Of a stretch of DNA of 64,000 nt, positions 57,110 to 64,000 are shown one piece after another; positions within the stretch are counted from its first letter, which is position 1, and the number at the start of each line of letters is the position of its first letter. The notes under the pieces were generated by a model. The model did not search any database. It was not told the DNA's origin and was given only the letters and a program-made list of their open reading frames with translations. The stretch lies in the NCBI GenBank assembly GCA_033722615.1, contig JAWVYQ010000001.1, positions 21 through 64,020 on the forward strand, given 5' to 3'. The DNA is from Candidatus Promineifilaceae bacterium. Lineage in GTDB: Bacteria > Chloroflexota > Anaerolineae > Promineifilales > Promineifilaceae. The position numbers and the translations under genes were made by a program.

Positions 57110-57973
57110 CTAAACATTTACGTCGCCGGTCTCATTCGCGTTCCACAACACATTGTCGATGAGCCGCGTCTTCCCCACGAAGACGGCCATAGAAAGGACC
57201 GCGCGCTCTGTGATCTGTTCCAGCTCCTCCAGGGTGTCTGGGTGGGCGACGCTGACGTAGTCGGCCGTGGCCAGCGGTTCGGCGGCGATCATTTGTTGCA
57301 TGTGGTTGCGCACGGCGGCCGCGTCCCGCTCTCCCGCGTCCAGCAGCCCGGCCCCGGCCGTGAGGGCCCGGTAGAGCACGTTGGCCGCTTCTCGCTGGGG
57401 TGCGGTCAGGTATTCGTTGCGGCTGCTCATGGCCAGGCCGTCCGCCTCGCGCACGATGGGGCAGACGACGAGGTCGACGTCGAAATTCAGGTCCTGGACC
57501 ATGCGCCGCAGGACGACGGTCTGCTGGTAATCCTTCTGGCCGAAGTAGGCGCGCGTCGGCCGGATGACGTTGAACAACTTGGCGACGATGGTGGTTACAC
57601 CGCGGAAGTGGGTCGGCCGGCTAGCCCCCTCCAATACCTGGGTCACCTCTTCGACGCTGACGTAGGTCTGGAAGCCGGCCGGGTACATGACGTCGTCAGA
57701 GGGGGTGAAGACGAGGTCGACGCCTTCCGCCTGGAGCAGGGCCAGGTCCCGCTCCAGATCGCGGGGGTAGCTTTCCAGGTCCTCGTCTGGCGCAAACTGG
57801 GTAGGATTGACGTAGATGCTGGCTGCGACCCGCTCGTTCTCCGGCCGGGCGGCGCGCACCAGGGAAAGGTGGCCCTCATGCAGATAACCCATCGTGGGAA
57901 CCAGCCCCCAGGAAAGAGTGGGATCTTGCCAGCGCGCCCGGCGCACTTCGTCGACCCTTTCAGTTACTATCAT
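57110..57973 (-). CDS. panC: pantoate-beta-alanine ligase
   Basis: VPTMGYLHEGHLSLV (HxGH), FGQKDYQQ and the SSRN motif. Confidence 0.95.
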   Translation of the reverse strand: MIVTERVDEVRRARWQDPTLSWGLVPTMGYLHEGHLSLVRAARPENERVAASIYVNPTQFAPDEDLESYPRDLERDLALLQAEGVDLVFTPSDDVMYPAGFQTYVSVEEVTQVLEGASRPTHFRGVTTIVAKLFNVIRPTRAYFGQKDYQQTVVLRRMVQDLNFDVDLVVCPIVREADGLAMSSRNEYLTAPQREAANVLYRALTAGAGLLDAGERDAAAVRNHMQQMIAAEPLATADYVSVAHPDTLEELEQITERAVLSMAVFVGKTRLIDNVLWNANETGDVNV

Positions 57974-58089
57974 GGAATTTGCCTGCTTTCACAGAGTCGC
58001 TTTTTTCTCTGTAACTTCGTAGGATTTTAACGGATTCTCAGTCCATCAAAAACAAAGCCGGGTTTGTGGTGTCCCGATTATCTCCGGTG

Positions 58090-59022
58090 TCAGCTGTTGG
58101 ACCGGGCGGCCATCCAGCGCAGGAAGAGGTGGTTAATTGGTGTGGGTACGCCGTGACGCTCCCCGGCCGCGACCACCGCTCCGCAAATGGCGTCTATCTC
58201 CGTCGGCCGTCCCTGCATGCGGTCCTGGAGCATCGAGCTGCGGTTGGCGGCCGTGCGCCGGGCGACGTCGAGGGCGGCTGCGGCCGGGTCGCCGGTGGGC
58301 AGGACGATGCCCTGGGCAGCGGCGACGGCGCCCACCTCACGCGCTGCTGCCTCCATCAGCCGGCGGCAGGCCCGATGCTCGGCGAGGAAGCCGTTGGGCA
58401 CGGCCAGGAGGGCGGTCAGCGGGTTGATGCCGGCGTTCACGGCGAGCTTGCCCCAGACGAGGCCGGCCACGTCCTCCGTCAGTTGCACGTCGAAGCCGGC
58501 CGCCCGCAGCGCGGCGACGAGATCGCCGAACGCTTTCTGCGCCGCGTTTTGCGCGGGATCGCCCGCAGCCAGGTCCGGGGGCGCCAGATGGATGGGGCCT
58601 TCGCCGGCGTGGCGCACGACGCCGGGCCGTTCCAACGTCGCCCCGAGGGAGGTGACGCCTAACGTTGCCCGTCGTCCGAGGGCGGCCTGCAACTGCTCCA
58701 GATTGCCGGCGCCGTTTTGCAGCGTCACGGCGACGCCATTGGCGGAGAGGGCGGCCTGGGCGCGGGCCACTGCCTGCGGCGTCTGGTAGCTCTTGACTAG
58801 GACGAGGGCGGCGTCTACCGGGCCGGCCGCCGCAGGGTCGGCCGTGACTGCGACCTGGTGTTCGGTCTGACGACCGTCCAGGTGGATCAGCGTGAGCCCC
58901 TGGCGTAGGGCTGCCAGTTGCGGCTTCCAGGAGCCGATCACGACTACCTCGGCGTGGCCGTCGAGACGCGCGGCGAAGAGCGTGGCGAGCGCTCCGCTAC
59001 CGATGATGCCGATCATGGGCAT
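58090..59022 (-). CDS. panE: 2-dehydropantoate 2-reductase
   Basis: N-terminal Rossmann IGIIGSGALATLFAARL. ApbA/PanE C-terminal domain with SMLQD and TEID. The gene sits between panB and panC. Confidence 0.88.
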   Translation of the reverse strand: MPMIGIIGSGALATLFAARLDGHAEVVVIGSWKPQLAALRQGLTLIHLDGRQTEHQVAVTADPAAAGPVDAALVLVKSYQTPQAVARAQAALSANGVAVTLQNGAGNLEQLQAALGRRATLGVTSLGATLERPGVVRHAGEGPIHLAPPDLAAGDPAQNAAQKAFGDLVAALRAAGFDVQLTEDVAGLVWGKLAVNAGINPLTALLAVPNGFLAEHRACRRLMEAAAREVGAVAAAQGIVLPTGDPAAAALDVARRTAANRSSMLQDRMQGRPTEIDAICGAVVAAGERHGVPTPINHLFLRWMAARSNS

Positions 59023-59098
59023 ACGCCTCCCGGAGGTCCTGCCAGAGCGTTCTGCGTGCGCCGGGGTGATGATAAGCCTTCCAGGCGTTCAGGGGCTT

Positions 59099-59977
59099 TC
59101 ATCCCTCTTCGGCCTCCAATAGCGCGTCGAATTCGGCCAGAGCTTCGTCGCTTATTTCGTAAGTGTGCTCCTCGTCGGGGAAAACGCCGGCGACGACCTC
59201 TTCGCGGAAGGCTTCGAGGGCGTTGGCAATCTGCTGGCCGGCGTTCGTGTACTGCTTGACGAAGCGCGGTTGGAAGCGGGAAAAGAGGCCGAGCATGTCG
59301 TGGAAGACGAGGACCTGGCCGTCACAACCCCGGCCGGCGCCGATGCCGACGGTGGGGATAGTCAGGCGCTCACTGATGGCAGCGGCGATGGGTGCGGGGA
59401 TCGCTTCCAGCACGATGCTGAAGCAGCCGGCTTCTTCCAGGGCCAGGGCGTCTTGTACCAGCCCGTAAGCGGCGGCCGCCGTCTTGCCCTGGACGCGGTA
59501 GCCGCCGAGGGCGGAGAGCGTTTGTGGCGTCAGACCAATGTGACCCATGACGGGGATGCCCACCTGGGTGATGGCCCTCACCGTCTCGGCCATGGCCCGG
59601 CCGCCTTCCAGCTTGACGGCTTCCATCCCGGCTTCTTTCAGGAAACGGCCGGCGTTGCGCACGGCCTCTTCTACGCTGGCCTGGTAGCTCATGAAGGGCA
59701 TGTCGCCGATGAGGAAGGCGTGTTCGGCACCCCGGGCAACCGCCCGGCAGTGGTGGAGCATTTCTTCCATCGTGATGGAGACGGTGCTTTCCAGGCCGAG
59801 TACGACCATCGCCAGGCTGTCGCCCACGAGAATGGCGTCGATGCCGGCGCCGTCTACCAGGGCGGCGCCGGCGTAGTCGTAAGCTGTGAGCATCGTCACA
59901 GGCTCGCCTTGCTCCTTCTTTGCCTGTAGCGCCTGGATCGTCACTTTCTTTCGCTCTGGGGCGTTTTGTGTGCTCAT
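59099..59977 (-). CDS. panB: 3-methyl-2-oxobutanoate hydroxymethyltransferase
   Basis: MLTAYDY, LVGDSLAMV, KLEGG and GHIGLTPQ motifs. Confidence 0.95.
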   Translation of the reverse strand: MSTQNAPERKKVTIQALQAKKEQGEPVTMLTAYDYAGAALVDGAGIDAILVGDSLAMVVLGLESTVSITMEEMLHHCRAVARGAEHAFLIGDMPFMSYQASVEEAVRNAGRFLKEAGMEAVKLEGGRAMAETVRAITQVGIPVMGHIGLTPQTLSALGGYRVQGKTAAAAYGLVQDALALEEAGCFSIVLEAIPAPIAAAISERLTIPTVGIGAGRGCDGQVLVFHDMLGLFSRFQPRFVKQYTNAGQQIANALEAFREEVVAGVFPDEEHTYEISDEALAEFDALLEAEEG

Positions 59978-60376
59978 ATCATCTCCTGCTTCCCGCCCTT
60001 GTCTGCTGTGGCCGGCGCCCGGGCTCGCGGAGAGGGGCGCCGTGCGGCCCGTTTGCGCCGCAGGCGGCCGGAGGCCGAGAAAAGTCCGACCACGCTCGTC
60101 TATTGGGTGATTCTACCAATGGCGACGGCTGGCGTAAAGGAGCCGGGACGGTACTATTTTCAGTCAGGTGGCGGGATGATATACTGACGCTTGAGAGTCC
60201 GTCCGGCGGGGTTCATGATGGAACACGGACACACCTTCACCCCCCTGAGGCATATAGAAGTGGCACGGAAACGTCTCCCTGACATTCCGTGTTCGCTCTT
60301 TTCTCCAATTCGTTTGAAATGAGTTCCTTGTTGGTTTGTTGGCAAGACGGGGAGCTTTAACCTACAGGAGGTTGTG

Positions 60377-62356
60377 ATGGGACGATTCGCGAATAATCGA
60401 GCCGGGCTGCTATTGGCGGTCGTAGGCGTTGCGTTCTCCCTAATGGCGCTGGCGGCCGGTCTGGCCTTCGCCGATCACCGGCAGGCGACGCTGGTCCAGG
60501 ATATCAATCCAAACGGGGACATGGACGCCCACGCCTCGGGCCTGACCTACTTTACCATCATCACCGACACGCTATACTTTGTGGCCACCGACGGGGATGG
60601 GGACGCAGAACTGTGGAAGAGCGACGGCACGATGACGGGCACGGTGCGCGTCAAAGATATAGCGCCGGGCGTCGACCCTTATACGCCCGGCGACCTGGTC
60701 AACTTCAACGGCGTTCTCTTCTTTCGGGGCAACGAGGGGACGAATGGGGAAGAGCTGTGGGTCAGCGATGGCACCGATACCGGTACCATGATGTTCAAGG
60801 ATATCAACTCCTCGGGCGACGCCACACCTTTCCGTTTCCGCGCAGTGGGCGATTTGCTCTTCTTCACGGCTGACGATGGGACCACTGGCCGGGAGCTATG
60901 GAAGAGCGATGGCACGGTGACGGGCACGGTGCGCGTCCGGGATATCAACGGCGGATCGGCCAGTTCTTTTCCCTCGCAACTAACCGTCTCTGGCAGCAGC
61001 CTCTTCTTTGTCGCCGACAACGGGATCAGCGGCGTCGAGCTGTGGAAGAGCGACGGCACGATGACGGGCACCGTGCGTGTCCGGGACATCAATCCCGGCG
61101 GCGGTTCAGAGCCGCGCGACCTGATCGACCTCAATGGGATACTGTACTTCACGGCCGACGATGGAACGAACGGCCGCGAACTATGGAAGAGCGACGGCAC
61201 GATGACGGGCACGGTGATGGTGGCCGATATTCACCCCGATCCCGCCGCCTTTGGTCCGGACCAGCTCGCGTCTGTGGGCACCGACGTCTTTTTTAGCGCC
61301 GACGACGGCGTGGGTGGGACGGAACTATGGAAGAGCGACGGCACAGAGGCAGGGACCGTTCCCGTCAGGGACATTGTGCCCGGTTCTGGCAGCTCGATTC
61401 CTTCCAACCTCACAGCGGTGAACGGCATTCTCTACTTTACGGCCATCGACGGTGCCCACGGCCGGGAGCTATGGAAGAGCGACGGTACAGAGGCCGGTAC
61501 GGTGTTGGTCGAAGATATCAATCCCGGTAGCGAGCGCTCCTTTGCCGGCAAATTGGTGGACGTTGGTGGTACCCTTTTCTTCCGAGCCGACGACGGCACC
61601 AGCGGCAACGAACTGTGGAAAAGCGACGGCACAAGCGTGACGACGGTCCTGGTGGCCGACATTAACGATGGGGGCGATTCACTGCCCGATTCGATAACGG
61701 CCCTGGGAACAGGCCTCATTTTTACGGCCGACGACGGCGTGGTCGGGCGCGAATTGTGGTTTGTGGAATTGACGAATGAGGCGCCGTCCGCCGAGGCCGG
61801 TGGTTCCTACGCCGGGGGTGAGGGCTCGACGATCTCTCTGAGCGGAACGGCCGCCGACCCGGACGGCGATCCGCTGCAAATTGGGTGGACGGTGGACTCG
61901 GCGTTGTGCGCCTTCTTCGACGCGACAGTGCTGGCTGCCGAGCTAACGTGTGACGACGATGGGACGTTCACGGTGACGTTGACCATCACCGATTCGTGGG
62001 GGGCGACCGCCGTGAGCACGGCTCAGGTAACGGTGGAAAACGTGGCACCTACTGTCGACGAACCGGTTGTCTCCGGCGATCCGGTCCGGATCGAAAGCAC
62101 AGCGACGATCACGGCGACGTACAGCGATCCGGGCGCGGCCGACACGCACACGTACGAAATCGAGTGGGGGGACGGCGCAGTCGATTCGGGAACGGCGGCC
62201 GGCGGGCAGATCGTGGCCGGCCACGCATATGCGACCGATGACGATTATAACATCACGGTGACCGTAAGGGACGACGACGGCGGCGCGGACAGCGCTGTGG
62301 CGACGGTTGTCGTCGTTCGCTTCCGTACGTTGCTACCGGTGGTAGGGGGGCCATGA
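60377..62356 (+). CDS. secreted ELWxxDGT-repeat (beta-propeller-like) protein with two C-terminal PKD-like domains
   Basis: AGGAGG lies 5 nt before ATG 60377, followed by a signal-like LLLAVVGVAFSLMALAAGLAFA. There are eight full repeats of ...GxELW(K/V)SDGTxxGTxxVxDIxPG... at ~48-aa period (60600-61770). Two PKD-type modules follow (DPDGDPL..., VENVAPTV...YNITVTVRDDDGG). Confidence 0.88.
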   Translation: MGRFANNRAGLLLAVVGVAFSLMALAAGLAFADHRQATLVQDINPNGDMDAHASGLTYFTIITDTLYFVATDGDGDAELWKSDGTMTGTVRVKDIAPGVDPYTPGDLVNFNGVLFFRGNEGTNGEELWVSDGTDTGTMMFKDINSSGDATPFRFRAVGDLLFFTADDGTTGRELWKSDGTVTGTVRVRDINGGSASSFPSQLTVSGSSLFFVADNGISGVELWKSDGTMTGTVRVRDINPGGGSEPRDLIDLNGILYFTADDGTNGRELWKSDGTMTGTVMVADIHPDPAAFGPDQLASVGTDVFFSADDGVGGTELWKSDGTEAGTVPVRDIVPGSGSSIPSNLTAVNGILYFTAIDGAHGRELWKSDGTEAGTVLVEDINPGSERSFAGKLVDVGGTLFFRADDGTSGNELWKSDGTSVTTVLVADINDGGDSLPDSITALGTGLIFTADDGVVGRELWFVELTNEAPSAEAGGSYAGGEGSTISLSGTAADPDGDPLQIGWTVDSALCAFFDATVLAAELTCDDDGTFTVTLTITDSWGATAVSTAQVTVENVAPTVDEPVVSGDPVRIESTATITATYSDPGAADTHTYEIEWGDGAVDSGTAAGGQIVAGHAYATDDDYNITVTVRDDDGGADSAVATVVVVRFRTLLPVVGGP

Positions 62357-62458
62357 GGCCTGTCTGAACAGGACTGGGTTATCGTTGCTGCTGTCCGTTT
62401 TCCTCTGAGTTGGAGTTTGCTTGGTCACACGGCACCTGTGTTCGGCCATTACAAGCCG

Positions 62459-63073
62459 TCAGAAATCGTTGCAGGTGACGAAGCGGGCGTCCCCGTCCTG
62501 GACCCATCCCAGCAGCGTTCGTGGCCAGCCGGTGGACGTGCGCAGAGCGGCCGTGGGCGCAAGGCGGAAGAGCAGGATTGGGCCGTCGACGGCTGCCTCC
62601 TCCAAGGTGAATTCCCGGCCGTAGACGACCTCCCGTCTGGGGCTGGTGCCCCTTTCGAGGAGAGTCCGGCGAACGTTGAGGTTGGCGGCCGCGTGGCTCA
62701 TCTTCATCACGTCCAGCCTATAGGCGGCCCGTTCGTCGCGGCTCGTGCGGTGGCTGTCGCCCTTGAAGCCGTGGTAGCCACGCACGCGCCGCCAGTCGGT
62801 GAAGGCGAAGCGGGCGGCGTCGGCGGGCATCTGGGCCAGCGCCTGTTCCAGGTCGGCCGGCTCCGGAGGGGCGTCGCGCGCTGCGCCGGTCAGGTGGGAG
62901 CGACAACGCCCGCTAAAAAGGGCCAGCGCTACGAAGGCGATCAGGATAACCACGACGAGGCGCGCCGGCCGAGCGCCGTCGGCACGCCCGCGCCCGCCAT
63001 CCGCCAGCAGTTGCCGCCGTCGCTCGTTGGCTATGGCCAGGCGTTCCCTCTCGGTACTGCAACATGCGCTCAT
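62459..63073 (-). CDS. hypothetical membrane-anchored protein
   Basis: 204-aa ORF with one TM segment (LVVVILIAFVALALF) and a soluble C-terminal domain. I recognise no family. Confidence 0.5.
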   Translation of the reverse strand: MSACCSTERERLAIANERRRQLLADGGRGRADGARPARLVVVILIAFVALALFSGRCRSHLTGAARDAPPEPADLEQALAQMPADAARFAFTDWRRVRGYHGFKGDSHRTSRDERAAYRLDVMKMSHAAANLNVRRTLLERGTSPRREVVYGREFTLEEAAVDGPILLFRLAPTAALRTSTGWPRTLLGWVQDGDARFVTCNDF

Positions 63074-63223
63074 AAATCTGACCCTGATTCGACTGTCGCG
63101 GGTGGGGCGTTGGAGCCCTTGGCCTGTAGCGGTTACTCTTGCTTCCGATCCTACTATAGAGGGTCGGCCGTTACCAAATCCGTGAGGAAGCGCACATTAT
63201 CCTGTCGCCACTGCCAGAATGTC

Positions 63224-64000
63224 TTACGGTATGAGATCGTCGAGGCCGTGGGCGGCTTCCAGCAGGCTCCTGAACGTCTGCACGAAGCGGGCGGCCGGGG
63301 CGCCGTCGACGACGTCGTGGTCGATGCTGACGGTGAGGTCGAGGATCTCGCGGATGGCGATTTCCCCGTGGTGCACGGCTGGCTTCTTCGAGATGCCGCC
63401 GACGGCAACGTTGAGGGTGAAGTTGGGCATCGTAATGGCCCAGCCGCCGCCCTGGCCAAACATGCCGACGGCCGTGACCATGACCGGGCTTGACACGTCG
63501 CGGAATGACTGGGGGAAACGCATCACGACCCAGTAAAAGGCCCGGCGCAGGATGGCGGGTAGGAGGAGAAAGGAGCGCATGAACCGGGATCCACTGCTGG
63601 CCTGGGGCTGGCTCTGCACCTCGCGCAATTCGCGGTGGAGGGCCCTCAGCGATTTGCGGTTGGCGGCGCGGAAGACGTGGGGCATCGGTATTTTCCGACC
63701 GTCGTGCTCGATCTCGAACATGGCGGTGACGTTGACGTCGTCGTAGATGACGAGCCGGTTGCGCCAGTCGCGGTAGGCGTGGAGGTGGGGGTGTTGCTCG
63801 ATGGCGGCGGTGAGGCAGTGGATGATGAAGGCGGTGAAGGAGAGCTTTTCGCCCGTCTCTTGCTCGAATGCGCGGATGGCGCGGCGGGCGTCGGTAACGT
63901 CGACTTCGATGAGGCCGTGAACGATGTGCCGGCGCCGGCCGAGGTAGCCGGCGTCAAAGGCGAAACGGCGCATACGGGGAATGGGTTCGGTGGTGTAGGG
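63224..64000 (-). CDS. 2-oxoacid dehydrogenase acyltransferase (E2) catalytic-domain protein, 5' end possibly outside window
   Basis: Catalytic motif SIDHDVVDGAPAARF (DHxxxDG) and the FTAFIIHCL region. The frame stays open to the window edge upstream of the ATG at 63973. Confidence 0.8.
   Translation of the reverse strand, partial: PYTTEPIPRMRRFAFDAGYLGRRRHIVHGLIEVDVTDARRAIRAFEQETGEKLSFTAFIIHCLTAAIEQHPHLHAYRDWRNRLVIYDDVNVTAMFEIEHDGRKIPMPHVFRAANRKSLRALHRELREVQSQPQASSGSRFMRSFLLLPAILRRAFYWVVMRFPQSFRDVSSPVMVTAVGMFGQGGGWAITMPNFTLNVAVGGISKKPAVHHGEIAIREILDLTVSIDHDVVDGAPAARFVQTFRSLLEAAHGLDDLIP

Noticed and set aside
60600-61770. Regularly spaced (~145 nt) near-identical DNA repeats, which could suggest a CRISPR array or a non-coding tandem array.
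   Set aside because: The repeats are in frame within one long ORF and encode the ELWxxDGT protein repeat. The 'spacers' are homologous to each other, and no cas genes or leader are present.
63080-63160. tRNA-like fragment (GATTCGA resembling a T-loop on the minus strand).
   Set aside because: Reverse-complementing the region gives no 7-bp acceptor stem, no paired T-arm around the GTCGAAT and no D-arm or anticodon arm. It is not a tRNA.
63205-63216. GCCACTG string resembling the B12-box core of cobalamin riboswitches.
   Set aside because: It is an isolated heptamer without the surrounding conserved cobalamin-riboswitch helices. It lies downstream of, not upstream of, the neighbouring minus-strand genes.
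62417-63493. 358-aa plus-strand ORF spanning the 62459-63073 gene and the start of the E2-like gene.
   Set aside because: It crosses an intergenic region and two minus-strand genes. One of these carries the DHxxxDG acyltransferase motif. The translation is featureless.

Overview
GC-rich bacterial chromosomal segment carrying about 50 protein-coding genes, mostly housekeeping. I saw no rRNA, tRNA, transposase, integrase, phage gene or CRISPR array.

Gene order, left to right:
- prs (truncated by the window edge), an unusually long secA, a ~1400-aa multi-GAF histidine kinase, add, a hypothetical gene, mutM, an M29 aminopeptidase and holB.
- A polyphosphate module (CHAD plus two tandem PPK2 genes), a frameshifted EEP-family lipoprotein gene and padR.
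- hutH, a thiolase, an SDR gene plus a His-box membrane protein, and a TolB-like protein.
- A DinB gene coupled to an atypical Clp/Hsp100 ATPase, then fadD, a metallophosphoesterase and CoA-transferase subunits A and B.
- A polyprenyl synthase, guaA, tsaD, an orphan trpA, a DUF255 thioredoxin-fold protein and pspC.
- A ~12-kb minus-strand cluster encoding all nine steps of the coproporphyrin-dependent haem pathway (hemL, hemH, hemE, hemQ, hemB, a hemC-hemD fusion, hemA, hemY), plus an HTH regulator and an AhbD-like radical-SAM enzyme.
- A rhomboid protease, an APC permease-USP fusion, panB-panE-panC, an ELWxxDGT/PKD secreted protein, a hypothetical gene and a truncated E2-like acyltransferase.

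Most notable signals beyond the ORFs:
1. Two near-identical copies, 35 kb apart, of a ~60-nt candidate small-RNA gene. Each has its own extended -10 promoter, a C-rich (anti-Shine-Dalgarno-like) 5' end and loop, and an intrinsic terminator.
2. A shared 21-26-bp motif just downstream of two consensus-like promoters inside the haem cluster. It is probably the operator of the HTH regulator encoded there.
3. HemQ/ChdC and an AhbD-like radical-SAM enzyme sit in the same haem cluster.
4. A one-base homopolymer frameshift splits the EEP-family gene.
5. A Clp/Hsp100 ATPase has a degenerate D1 module and is translationally coupled to a DinB-family gene.
6. Small tandem duplications lie at a translation-initiation region and at a terminator.

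The monoderm-type haem route and overall gene content weakly suggest a Chloroflexota-like organism; this is inference only. All calls come from reading the sequence and translations by eye. No database search was run.
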